From Aeromonas eucrenophila (GTDB lineage Bacteria > Pseudomonadota > Gammaproteobacteria > Enterobacterales > Aeromonadaceae): a stretch of DNA of 24,000 nt. Below, in pieces: positions 1 to 7,925 of this stretch. The notes under the pieces are model-generated. The model did not search any database. It saw nothing but the letters and a program-made list of their open reading frames with translations, and was not told where the DNA came from. The stretch lies in assembly GCF_000819865.1 (NCBI RefSeq), contig NZ_CDDF01000005.1, positions 22,924 to 46,923 of the forward strand. Direction: 5' to 3'. The position numbers and the translations under genes are program-made. How positions within the stretch are numbered: the first letter of the stretch is position 1; every line of letters starts with the position of its first letter.

Positions 1-2
1 AC

Positions 3-935
3 GGCTTCGTCATCCACCGTGCCCCGGCGCCGCGGGGGGCGCCGTTGCCATGGCGACCGCTCTGTGAAACGGGTCTGGTCGACCCCGATTTTTGGGATGG
101 GAGCCCGGATCCACGCTGGCCTGTGGGGGAGGCCGAGGCCCAACGCCGGCTGCACGCTTTTCTGGAGCTGGGGGTGCTGGACTATGGGGAGACCCGGGAC
201 TTTCCGGCCCTGGCCGGCACTTCCACTCTCTCCCCCTATCTGGCGGCGGGGATCGTCAGCCCGCGCCAGTGCGTGGCAGCCTTGCAGCAGCGGCTCGGCT
301 ACCGGCCCCAGTCCAAGGGGCAACCCGGCTTCGTCTGGCTCAATGAGCTCATCTGGCGCGAGTTTTATCGCCACCTGCTGATGCTGGTGCCGGCCCTCTC
401 CATGAACCTGCCGTTCAAGGCCGAGACCCGGGCCCTGCCCTGGGGCTGGGATCCGGCGGCGCTCTCGGCCTGGTGCGAGGGGCGCACCGGTTACCCCATC
501 GTCGATGCGGCCATGCGTTGCCTTAATGCCACCGGCTGGATGCACAACCGGTTGCGGATGATAGTGGCGAGCTTCCTGACCAAGGATCTGCACCTGCACT
601 GGCGGCTCGGGGAGGATTACTTCATGAGCCGGCTGGTGGACGGCGATCTGGCGGCCAACAACGGTGGCTGGCAGTGGGCGGCGGGTACAGGTGCCGATGC
701 GGCCCCTTACTTTCGGGTGTTCAATCCCACCACTCAGGGCCAGCGCTTTGATCCTGACGGCAGCTTTATCCGTATCTGGGTGGCAGAGCTCAAGGATGTG
801 CCGACCGCCCTGTTGCATCAGCCTCACGACTGGCTGGTGCAGCAGGGGAGAGGGGATTATCCGGCTCCCATGGTGGATCATGCCAAGGCACGGCTGAGGG
901 CCATCGAGATGTTTCAGGAACTGGAGAGAAAATAG
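3..935 (+). CDS. phrB: Deoxyribodipyrimidine (CPD) photolyase, C-terminal FAD-binding portion; 5' end outside window
   Basis: The frame is open from the window edge (no stop between nt 3 and the first ATG at 45) to TAG 933-935. The translation carries photolyase signatures WREFYRH, TGYPIVDAAMR, GWMHNRLRMIVASFL, DGDLAANNGGWQW and APYFRVFNPTTQG. Confidence 0.93.
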   Translation, partial: GFVIHRAPAPRGAPLPWRPLCETGLVDPDFWDGSPDPRWPVGEAEAQRRLHAFLELGVLDYGETRDFPALAGTSTLSPYLAAGIVSPRQCVAALQQRLGYRPQSKGQPGFVWLNELIWREFYRHLLMLVPALSMNLPFKAETRALPWGWDPAALSAWCEGRTGYPIVDAAMRCLNATGWMHNRLRMIVASFLTKDLHLHWRLGEDYFMSRLVDGDLAANNGGWQWAAGTGADAAPYFRVFNPTTQGQRFDPDGSFIRIWVAELKDVPTALLHQPHDWLVQQGRGDYPAPMVDHAKARLRAIEMFQELERK

Positions 936-936
936 G

Positions 937-1365
937 ATGAAAGAACCGCTGGCCCACTTTATCGTCCTCTACCTGCAACTGGACAGGCAGCAGTTGCACC
1001 GGCTGCCGGAGATCTATGCCGAGCAGGTGGTCTTCATCGATCCGGCGCACCGGATCGATGGGCTGGCGGCACTCACCCGTTATTTCTCCTCCCTGTATCA
1101 GCGACTGCACTACTGCCGCTTCGAGATAGTGAGCCAGCAGCAGCAGGGCAATGAGGCCTGGCTCGGCTGGATCATGACCTTCTCCCATCCCAGGCTCGCC
1201 GGTGGTCAGCCGGTGCGGGTCGAGGGGGCGACCCAGTTGCAGTTCGATGCCTGGGGCAAGGTGTGCCTGCACCGGGACTACTTCGATCTCGGCGCCATGC
1301 TCTACGAGCAGCTGCCCCTGCTGGGGCGCCTCATCCGCGCCATCCGCACCAGGCTGGGCGCATGA
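937..1365 (+). CDS. NTF2/SnoaL-like fold protein (function unknown)
   Basis: 142-aa ORF. Its ATG lies 1 nt after the phr stop and its stop overlaps the next start (ATGA at 1362-1365). Size and pattern (LYLQLDRQQLHRLPEIYAEQVVFIDP...DGLAALTRYF) are typical of small NTF2-like proteins. The family call is by eye only. Confidence 0.6.
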   Translation: MKEPLAHFIVLYLQLDRQQLHRLPEIYAEQVVFIDPAHRIDGLAALTRYFSSLYQRLHYCRFEIVSQQQQGNEAWLGWIMTFSHPRLAGGQPVRVEGATQLQFDAWGKVCLHRDYFDLGAMLYEQLPLLGRLIRAIRTRLGA

Positions 1366-2078
1366 GCGGGCGGGTGCTGATCACCGGCGCCAGCTCGGGC
1401 CTCGGCCGCCAGCTGGCGCTCACATACCGCCAGGCGGGCTGGCAGGTGTGGGGCTGCGGCCGCGACGAGGGGCGGCTGGCCGAGCTCGCGGTTGCAGGGA
1501 TTATCCCGCTGCGCTTCGATGCCCGCGATGGTGACGCTACTGCCGCGGCGGCCGCTGGCTTGCCGCCGCTGGATCTGCTGATCCTCAATGCGGGTAGCTG
1601 CGAATACATCAGGGATGCCCACCAGTTTGATGGCGCCCTGTTCGCCCGGGTCATCGACACCAACCTGGTGGCCACCGGCCATGCCCTTGCCGCCTTCCTG
1701 CCGCTGCTTGGCAAGGGATCGCGGCTGGCCATCGTCGGCTCGGCGGTGAGCTGGCTGCCACTGCCCCAGGCCGAGGCCTATGGTGCCTCCAAGGCGGCCC
1801 TCGACTATCTGGCGGCCAGCCTGCGCCTCGATCTGCAGGGGACCGGCATAGGGGTGACCCTGATCCGGCCCGGCTTCATCGAGACCCCATTGACCGCCCG
1901 CAATCGCTTCGCCATGCCCTGCCTGCTGCCGGTCGAGACGGCGGCCCGGCTCATAGTGCGCGGCCTCGCCGCCGGTCGGTCACAGATCCATTTCCCGTTT
2001 CGTTTCATATTGTTATTGCGCCTGCTTGGGGCGCTCCCCTTGGGCCTCTGGCTGCGCCTGGCCCGCCACCTCACTTAG
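1362..2078 (+). CDS. Short-chain dehydrogenase/reductase (SDR)
   Basis: The internal ATG at 1362 gives MSGRVLITGASSGLGRQLA, a TGxxxGxG Rossmann motif. NAG and YGASKAAL (YxxxK) catalytic motifs are present. The track ORF start at 1263 is an in-frame upstream extension overlapping the previous gene, so it was rejected. Confidence 0.88.
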   Translation: MSGRVLITGASSGLGRQLALTYRQAGWQVWGCGRDEGRLAELAVAGIIPLRFDARDGDATAAAAAGLPPLDLLILNAGSCEYIRDAHQFDGALFARVIDTNLVATGHALAAFLPLLGKGSRLAIVGSAVSWLPLPQAEAYGASKAALDYLAASLRLDLQGTGIGVTLIRPGFIETPLTARNRFAMPCLLPVETAARLIVRGLAAGRSQIHFPFRFILLLRLLGALPLGLWLRLARHLT

Positions 2079-2083
2079 CAAGG

Positions 2084-3343
2084 ATGCCAAGTATGAAGAG
2101 AAGGATCGCCATCGTCGGCTCGGGGATCTCGGGACTCACGGCCGGGCACATGCTGCATCGGCACCATGACATCAGCCTGTTTGAGGCCGCCTCCGTGCTG
2201 GGAGGGCACACCGCCACCGTCGATATCAGCCAGGATGGCCGCAGTCACGCCATCGACACCGGCTTCATCGTGTTCAACGACAGAACCTATCCCAATTTCC
2301 TGAAACTGCTGGCAAAAATCGGGGTGGCCCGCCAACCCACCGAGATGAGCTTCTCGGTCAAGAGCGAGGGGCTGGAGTACAACGGCCACTCCCTGGCCAG
2401 CCTGTTTGCCCAGCGCAGCAACCTGCTGCGGCCCCGTTTCTACCGTTTCATCGCCGAGATCCTGCGCTTCAACCGCGCGGCCCGCCGCTGGCTGGCTACA
2501 CCGCAGACGGGAAGCGGGGAGCCGAGCCTGGGGGCCTTCCTGCAGGGGGGCGGGTTCAGTGACTACTTCGCCCGCCACTACATCTTGCCCATGGGGGCGG
2601 CCATCTGGTCATCCACCCTGGCGGACATGCGCGCCTTTCCCCTCGGCTTCTTCCTGCGTTTCTTCGACCATCACGGCCTGCTCAACGTCAGCAATCGCCC
2701 CCAGTGGTACGTGATCCCCGGGGGCTCGCGAGAATACATAGCCCCCCTCACCGCCGGCTGGCAGTCGCAGATCCGTCTGGCCTGCCCGGTGCAGGGGATC
2801 CGGCGGGTGAGCAGTGGCGTCTTGATTCGGAGCGCCCGCGGCGAGGAGCAGTTCGATGAGGTGATCCTGGCCTGCCACAGCGATCAGGCGCTGGCCCTGC
2901 TTGCCGATGCCACTGAGCGGGAGCGGCAGATCCTCGGGGGCATCGTCTATCAGGCCAACGATGTCTGGCTGCACACCGACGTCGCCAGCTTGCCCAAGCG
3001 GCGTCAGGCCTGGGCCAGCTGGAACTATCAGCTCGGCGACGACGAGCAGGCGAGGCCCCTGGTGACCTACAGCATGAACATCCTGCAGGGGCTTGAATCC
3101 AGCCGCGAGTTTTGCGTCAGCCTCAACCCCGCCGGCAGGGTGGATGAGCGCAAGGTGCTGAGGCGCTTCGTCTACCATCACCCCGTGTTCAACGAGGCCG
3201 CGCTGGCGGCGCAGGCATCGCGCGGCGAGATCTGCGGGCAACGGCATACCCACTTCTGTGGCGCCTACTGGTACAACGGCTTTCATGAGGATGGGGTGCG
3301 CAGCGCCCTGGATGTGACCCGTCGCTTCGGAGCCGAGTTATGA
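2084..3343 (+). CDS. NAD(P)/FAD-dependent oxidoreductase (amine-oxidase/desaturase-like fold)
   Basis: 419-aa ORF with an N-terminal dinucleotide fold, RIAIVGSGISGLTAGHML...FEA. An alternative start is ATG 2093 (MKRRIAIVG). The stop overlaps the next start (ATGA 3340-3343). Confidence 0.82.
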   Translation: MPSMKRRIAIVGSGISGLTAGHMLHRHHDISLFEAASVLGGHTATVDISQDGRSHAIDTGFIVFNDRTYPNFLKLLAKIGVARQPTEMSFSVKSEGLEYNGHSLASLFAQRSNLLRPRFYRFIAEILRFNRAARRWLATPQTGSGEPSLGAFLQGGGFSDYFARHYILPMGAAIWSSTLADMRAFPLGFFLRFFDHHGLLNVSNRPQWYVIPGGSREYIAPLTAGWQSQIRLACPVQGIRRVSSGVLIRSARGEEQFDEVILACHSDQALALLADATERERQILGGIVYQANDVWLHTDVASLPKRRQAWASWNYQLGDDEQARPLVTYSMNILQGLESSREFCVSLNPAGRVDERKVLRRFVYHHPVFNEAALAAQASRGEICGQRHTHFCGAYWYNGFHEDGVRSALDVTRRFGAEL

Positions 3344-4077
3344 GCGCCGCCCTCATCAGCGGCATCTGGCAAGGGGCGGTGCGCCATCGCCGCTTCGCAC
3401 CCAGGCCCCATGCTTTCTCCTACCCTCTGTTCATGCTGGGACTGGATCTGGACGAGTTGTCCGACTTGCAGCTGGGCCCCTGGTTCGGGGTCGAGCGCGC
3501 CGGCCTGCTCTCGTTTCGTCGTGGCGATTACCTGCGCGGGACGCGGGGGCCGCTCAAGCAGGCGGTATGGGACAAGGTGGGCGAGCTGGGAGGGGCGGCC
3601 CAAGGGGGCAGGGTATTGCTGCTGGGCAATGTACGCTGCCTCGGGTTCTACTTCAGCCCGGTCAACTTCTACTTCTGCTATCAGGGGCGCGACGCCCGCT
3701 ATCTGCTGGCCGAGGTCTCCAACACCCCCTGGAACGAGCGCCACTATTATCTGCTGGATTTGGCGGCGCTGGTGCCCCACGACAAGGACTTTCACGTCTC
3801 CCCCTTCATGGCGCTGGCCATGCGCTATCACTGGCGCATTCGCCCGCCGAGGGAGGAGACCCTGATCCACATCGAGAGTCATCCCCAAAGCGGCGATCCC
3901 AAGTTGTTCGATGCCACCCTGGCACTGGCCCGCGCGCCACTGTCCAAGCGGGGGCTCGGCATGCTGTTGCTGCGCTGGCCCTGGATGACCATGCGAGTGC
4001 TGCTCGGCATCTATTGGCAGGCGCTGCGGCTCTTCATCAAGCGGATCCCGCTGTTTACCCACCCGGAGACTCACTAA
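3340..4077 (+). CDS. DUF1365-family protein
   Basis: 245-aa ORF. The N-terminal pattern G.V.H.R..P..H.F.Y..FM..LDLDEL, followed by FYFSPVNFYFCY and WNERH, matches my memory of DUF1365. It is coupled at both ends (ATGA 3340-3343; TAATG 4075-4079). Confidence 0.72.
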   Translation: MSAALISGIWQGAVRHRRFAPRPHAFSYPLFMLGLDLDELSDLQLGPWFGVERAGLLSFRRGDYLRGTRGPLKQAVWDKVGELGGAAQGGRVLLLGNVRCLGFYFSPVNFYFCYQGRDARYLLAEVSNTPWNERHYYLLDLAALVPHDKDFHVSPFMALAMRYHWRIRPPREETLIHIESHPQSGDPKLFDATLALARAPLSKRGLGMLLLRWPWMTMRVLLGIYWQALRLFIKRIPLFTHPETH

Positions 4078-5333
4078 TGGAACTGGTGCAACTCACAACC
4101 TCCATCCCCCTGCTCGATCGCTTTGCGCGGCAACTGGTGCTCCGGCTGCTTGGGCACCTGCAACATGGTCAGCTGCTGCTGCGTGACGGGGAGGCGAGCC
4201 TCACCTTCGGGGAGCCTGGGTCGGATCTGCAGGCCGAGGTGGTGGTACTGGATCCCGCCTTCTACCGACGGCTCCTGCTGGGGGGCAGCATAGCGGCGGG
4301 GGAGACCTGGGTGGAGGGGCTCTGGACCAGCCAGGCACCGGTCACCCTGGTGCGGCTGCTGGCCCGCAACATGGGGATGCTCGATCGGCTGGAGCGGCGA
4401 TTTGGCTGGCTCAGCTTTCCGCTCAACAGGCTGCGGCACTGGGGTAGCCGCAATACTCTGACCGGCTCAAGGGTCAACATCGCGGCGCACTACGACCTCG
4501 GCAACCGGCTCTATCAGGGCTTTCTCGACAGCCACATGCAGTATTCCAGCGCCATCTACCCGGCCGCGGATGCCACTCTGGAGGAGGGGCAGCAGGCCAA
4601 GCTCAGGACCATCTGCGAACGATTGGCACTGGGGCCGGATGATCACCTGCTGGAAATCGGCACGGGCTGGGGCGGGCTTGCCATCTACGCCGCCCGCCAC
4701 TACGGCTGCCGGGTCACAACCACCACCATCTCCCAGGCCCAGCACGATCACGCCCGCGACTGGATTGCGGCGGCGGGGCTCGAAGATCGCATCACCTTGC
4801 TGCTGGAGGATTATCGCAAGCTGGAAGGGCGCTACGACAAGCTGGTCTCCATCGAGATGATAGAGGCAGTGGGTCATGCCTTTTTACCAGACTATTTCAG
4901 GCAATTATCTCGCCTTCTTAAACCCGGCGGCCGCCTGCTGATCCAGGCCATCACCATCGCCGATCAGCGCCACGCCCGGTATGTGCGCAGCGTCGACTTC
5001 ATCCAGCGCTACATCTTCCCCGGCGGCTGTTTGCCGAGTGTCTCCCAGATGGCGGGACTGCTGGCCCGGGAGACCGACATGCAACTGGTGCGCCTGCATG
5101 ATCATGGTCACCACTACGCCCGCACCCTGGCCCACTGGTGCGAGCGCTTCCTGGCGCTGGCCCCCGAGCTGCCGAGGCTCGGCTACAGCCAGGACTTCAT
5201 CCGGCTGTGGCACTTCTATTTCGCCTATTGCGAGGGGGGCTTCTGGGAGCGAGCCATCAGCCTGGTGCAGCTGGAAGCCGCCAAGCCTGGACCGGACGGC
5301 TGGTCGGGGGACAGGCCCGTGAACTTCCCTTAA
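4077..5333 (+). CDS. Cyclopropane-fatty-acyl-phospholipid synthase family SAM-dependent methyltransferase
   Basis: Start ATG 4077 (MELVQLTT) overlaps the upstream TAA. CMAS-type motifs are present: NIAAHYDLGNRLYQGFLD..MQYSSAIY and the SAM motif LLEIGTGWGGLAIYAARHYGCRVT, then IEMIEAVGH and YFAYCEGGF. The track ORF start at 3567 is a stop-free overlap with the DUF1365 gene. Confidence 0.9.
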   Translation: MELVQLTTSIPLLDRFARQLVLRLLGHLQHGQLLLRDGEASLTFGEPGSDLQAEVVVLDPAFYRRLLLGGSIAAGETWVEGLWTSQAPVTLVRLLARNMGMLDRLERRFGWLSFPLNRLRHWGSRNTLTGSRVNIAAHYDLGNRLYQGFLDSHMQYSSAIYPAADATLEEGQQAKLRTICERLALGPDDHLLEIGTGWGGLAIYAARHYGCRVTTTTISQAQHDHARDWIAAAGLEDRITLLLEDYRKLEGRYDKLVSIEMIEAVGHAFLPDYFRQLSRLLKPGGRLLIQAITIADQRHARYVRSVDFIQRYIFPGGCLPSVSQMAGLLARETDMQLVRLHDHGHHYARTLAHWCERFLALAPELPRLGYSQDFIRLWHFYFAYCEGGFWERAISLVQLEAAKPGPDGWSGDRPVNFP

Positions 5334-5336
5334 ATC

Positions 5337-5816
5337 ATGCGGGGCTGGCTGCAACTGCTGGGGTTCAACCTCTACTGGTGGCTGGCGGTGGTATGGCAGC
5401 AGCCGGGCCCGCTGCTGTTGCTGCTGGGGCTGCATCTGCTCTGCTCGCCGGATGCCCGAGGGGATCTGCGGTTATGGCCGCTGGCGCTGGCCGGTTGCCT
5501 GCTCGATGCCCTGCTGTGGCGGCTCGGGTTGTTCGAGTTTCCCCATGGCTTTCCCCTCTGGCTGGAGCTGCTGTGGCTCGGATTTGCGATGACCCTGGGC
5601 CAGGGGCTGCGCTGGTTGCTGGTGTTGCCCCGCTGGCAGCAGGGGCTGCTCGGCATGGTGGGGGGAACGGGTTCCTATGTGGCGGGAGCCGCCTTGGGAT
5701 CGGTACACTTGTCATGGGGCATCGGGATCAGCGCCCTCACATTGGCGCTGATCTGGGTGTGGTGGTTACCCGTATTGCTGTGGGTAATGGTCAAGCTGGA
5801 GGGTGAGCCAAGATGA
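5337..5816 (+). CDS. Small polytopic membrane protein (DUF2878-like)
   Basis: 159-aa ORF starting 3 nt after the CFA-like stop. It is very hydrophobic and W/L-rich, with about 4 predicted TM segments (LLGFNLYWWLAVVW..., LWLELLWLGFAM..., LIWVWWLPVLLWV). The family name is from memory of this gene neighbourhood. Confidence 0.6.
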   Translation: MRGWLQLLGFNLYWWLAVVWQQPGPLLLLLGLHLLCSPDARGDLRLWPLALAGCLLDALLWRLGLFEFPHGFPLWLELLWLGFAMTLGQGLRWLLVLPRWQQGLLGMVGGTGSYVAGAALGSVHLSWGIGISALTLALIWVWWLPVLLWVMVKLEGEPR

Positions 5817-6031
5817 GCACCTTTTCGACCGATACGCTGCTGTTTTCGAAGTGGACCAGGGAGGGCCAGCAAGGGCCAAACGCGCACTTCTATCTGGTGG
5901 TCTCCTGCCAGCGGGATGCGCAGGGGCTGCTGGCTCGCGTGGTGTTGCAGGATATCAACACCTTGCAGGAACAGGAGATGAACTGGCATGAGCTGGAAGA
6001 TCCCACCCGCTGGCACATGGGCTGGAACTAG
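5813..6031 (+). CDS. Hypothetical 72-aa protein
   Basis: The ATG overlaps the upstream stop (ATGA 5813-5816), which supports real translation. No recognisable motif was found. Confidence 0.4.
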   Translation: MSTFSTDTLLFSKWTREGQQGPNAHFYLVVSCQRDAQGLLARVVLQDINTLQEQEMNWHELEDPTRWHMGWN

Positions 6032-6524
6032 CCTGCTGATCTGGGCGCTGTGCTGGCCACTCGCCGCCAATGCGGAAACGCTCCCCTGGCAGCGACTGCG
6101 CACCGTCGGTCAGGGGCAGATGCACTGGCTCTGGTTCAAGCTCTACGACGCGACCCTCTACAGCCAGACGGGCCACTATCGCCCGCAGCACTATCCGCAG
6201 GCCCTGACCATCACCTATGCCAAGTCCATTTCCCGAGAGGACCTGCTCGCCGCGACCGGGCAGGAGTGGCAGCGACTCGGGGTGGGCAACCAGGATCAGC
6301 GACGCCGCTGGTTGCAACAGCTGGCGACCCTGTGGCCGGATGTGAGCTCGGGGGATGCATTGACCTTCTACGTGGATGACGCCGGGCTTGGCCACTTCTG
6401 GTGGCGAGACAAGCCGCTGGGCACCGTGCCTGATCCTCAGTTCCCGGCCGCGTTTCTGGCCATCTGGCTGGCAGACAACAGCCGCGATCCCGCCCTCACC
6501 CGCCGCCTGCGCGGCCAACCCTGA
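5988..6524 (+). CDS. Secreted chalcone-isomerase-like (Chalcone_3-type) protein
   Basis: 178 aa. It has a signal peptide, TSLLIWALCWPLAANA/ETLPW, and a WFKLYDATLY motif typical of bacterial chalcone-isomerase-like proteins. The start overlaps the preceding ORF by 44 nt. Confidence 0.62.
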   Translation: MSWKIPPAGTWAGTSLLIWALCWPLAANAETLPWQRLRTVGQGQMHWLWFKLYDATLYSQTGHYRPQHYPQALTITYAKSISREDLLAATGQEWQRLGVGNQDQRRRWLQQLATLWPDVSSGDALTFYVDDAGLGHFWWRDKPLGTVPDPQFPAAFLAIWLADNSRDPALTRRLRGQP

Positions 6525-6538
6525 TACCGGAGTCCCTC

Positions 6539-7081
6539 ATGCCTCTCTACCGCACATGGCGCATTCTGCTGCTGTGGCCACTGTTGCTGCTGGCAGCTTG
6601 TGGCGCCAGCCTCGATGACTATAGAGGGCAGGGCCCGAACTGGGATCTCGCCCGTTTCTTCAATGGCAAGCTCGTGGCTCACGGCCTGGTGACCGACCGT
6701 AGCGGCGAAGTGACCAGTCGCTTTCGGGTCGAGATGCAGGGGCGCTGGCAGGGTGGCAAGGGGGAGCTGTTCGAGCAGTTCTATTTTGACGACGGCCGCC
6801 GGCAGACCCGCACCTGGTTTTTGAACAAGGGGGCGGACGGACACTGGCGCGGCACCGCCTCGGATGTGGTGGGGGAGGCGGTGGGCAAGACGGCAGGCTT
6901 TGCCCTCAACTGGCGCTATCAACTCGATCTTGCCCTGCCGGACGGGGAGGTAGTGAGGGTCAGTTTCGATGACTGGATGTATCTGCTGGATGAAGATCGC
7001 CTGATCAATCGTGCCGAGATCAGCAAGTTCGGCATTCACCTGGGGGAGGTGATCCTCTATATCGAGCGGCTTGAGCGATGA
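6539..7081 (+). CDS. DUF3833-like lipoprotein
   Basis: 180 aa. The lipobox LLLAAC-G sits at residues 16-21. The body (DLARFFNGKLVAHGLV.DRSGEV..RF.V.M.G.W) matches my memory of DUF3833. This is the last gene of the same-strand run. Confidence 0.62.
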   Translation: MPLYRTWRILLLWPLLLLAACGASLDDYRGQGPNWDLARFFNGKLVAHGLVTDRSGEVTSRFRVEMQGRWQGGKGELFEQFYFDDGRRQTRTWFLNKGADGHWRGTASDVVGEAVGKTAGFALNWRYQLDLALPDGEVVRVSFDDWMYLLDEDRLINRAEISKFGIHLGEVILYIERLER

Positions 7082-7208
7082 AAGCATGTGCTTTTCCCGC
7101 TGACGATAGTCATTCGCTATCAATGGGCAAGGCACAGACGATTGTCCTTTGAGTCTATACGGGGATATTCTAGCCCTGTTCCCGAATTTGATGTCCACCT
7201 GGAGGTAA

Positions 7209-7679
7209 ATGATGAAGAGCCCAATCGGTCTTGATACCGTCCAATCGCAAGCCCTGGCCGCCGAGCTGAACAAGTTGCTGGCCAGCTACCAGATCCTCTA
7301 CATGAACGTGCGCGGCTTCCACTGGAATATCCGCGGCAACCAGTTCTTCGAACTGCACCTGAAGTTCGAGGAGATCTACAACGATCTGCTGCTCAAAGTC
7401 GATGCCCTGGCCGAGCGTATCCTCACCCTGGACGGGGTGCCCATGCACAGCTTCAGCGACTACTTGAAGGTCTCCGCCATCCCCGAGCAGAAGGGGCTGC
7501 ACGATGGCCGCGCCTGCGTCGAGTCCCTGCTGGAGAGCTTCCGCGAGCTGCTGGTGGCCCAGCGCCGCATCCTGGGGCAGGCCGCCGAGGCCGGTGACGA
7601 GGGCACGGCCTCCATCCTCTCCGACTACGTGCAGCAGCAGGAAAAGCTGGTCTGGATGCTGCGAGCCTATCTGGCCTGA
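7209..7679 (+). CDS. dps: Dps-family DNA starvation/stationary-phase protection protein (ferritin-like)
   Basis: LNKLLASYQILYMNVRGFHWNIRGNQFFELHLKFEEIYNDL is a canonical Dps ferroxidase-region sequence. The GGAGG Shine-Dalgarno is at 7201-7205. ATG 7212 is an equally plausible start. Confidence 0.92.
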   Translation: MMKSPIGLDTVQSQALAAELNKLLASYQILYMNVRGFHWNIRGNQFFELHLKFEEIYNDLLLKVDALAERILTLDGVPMHSFSDYLKVSAIPEQKGLHDGRACVESLLESFRELLVAQRRILGQAAEAGDEGTASILSDYVQQQEKLVWMLRAYLA

Positions 7680-7781
7680 CGTCAAAGGGGCTGGATGCAG
7701 CATAATTAAGGCTGATCCGCCCCTGTTGTGCTCGAATATTGTTGCAAGCCTGAGTCGTCTTTCCCCTATATCTACCCCTTT

Positions 7782-7811
7782 GCCGCCCTGTTTGGGCGGC
7801 TTTTTTGTTTT
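7782..7811 (+). terminator. Rho-independent terminator of dps
   Basis: Stem GCCGCCC (7782-7788) pairs with GGGCGGC (7794-7800), followed by TTTTTTGTTTT. Confidence 0.85.
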
Positions 7812-7824
7812 TGATCTGCATCAA
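7811..7824 (+). promoter_or_regulatory. FNR/CRP-family box, perfect TTGAT-N4-ATCAA
   Basis: TTGATctgcATCAA lies at 7811-7824, about 100 nt upstream of the hcp start codon. E. coli hcp is FNR-activated (established knowledge). Confidence 0.7.
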
Positions 7825-7925
7825 TGAATACTTAATTGGTAAATTGAATGCCTATTAAGTTTTTACCGGGGGGAATAGAATCGCCACAAAACAAGTAACT
7901 GAAATGTCCAATTAGGAGAGGCATG

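Noticed and set aside
1263-1361. An upstream extension of the SDR ORF, together with the many other nested or overlapping ORFs listed for 19-2078.
   Set aside because: The extension overlaps the NTF2-like gene, and the Rossmann motif begins right after ATG 1362 (ATGA coupling). The other ORFs in this span are alternative-frame artefacts of GC-rich coding DNA.
2609-4074. Minus-strand ORFs of 225 aa (2609-3286) and 263 aa (3283-4074).
   Set aside because: They are antisense to the FAD oxidoreductase and DUF1365 genes of a translationally coupled plus-strand operon, and show no recognisable domains.
3567-4076. A 170-codon N-terminal extension of the CFA-synthase-like ORF (track ORF 3567-5333).
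   Set aside because: It is a stop-free frame overlapping the DUF1365 gene, and its translation is Arg/Gly/Pro/Ala junk. ATG 4077, overlapping the upstream stop, gives a normal CMAS-family N-terminus.
7080-7135. The palindrome AAAGCA-TG-TGCTTT (7080-7093) and the GATAG-N7-CTATC / Fur-box-like string (7104-7122) upstream of dps.
   Set aside because: The first has a 2-nt centre, so it cannot form a hairpin and matches no operator I know. The second matches only about 10/19 positions of the Fur consensus.
5365-7273. Minus-strand ORFs 5365-5715, 5675-6103, 5955-6518 and 6437-7273.
   Set aside because: All are antisense to the coupled plus-strand genes. They have biased composition and no start-site context. 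ORF 6437-7273 would also span the dps promoter region.
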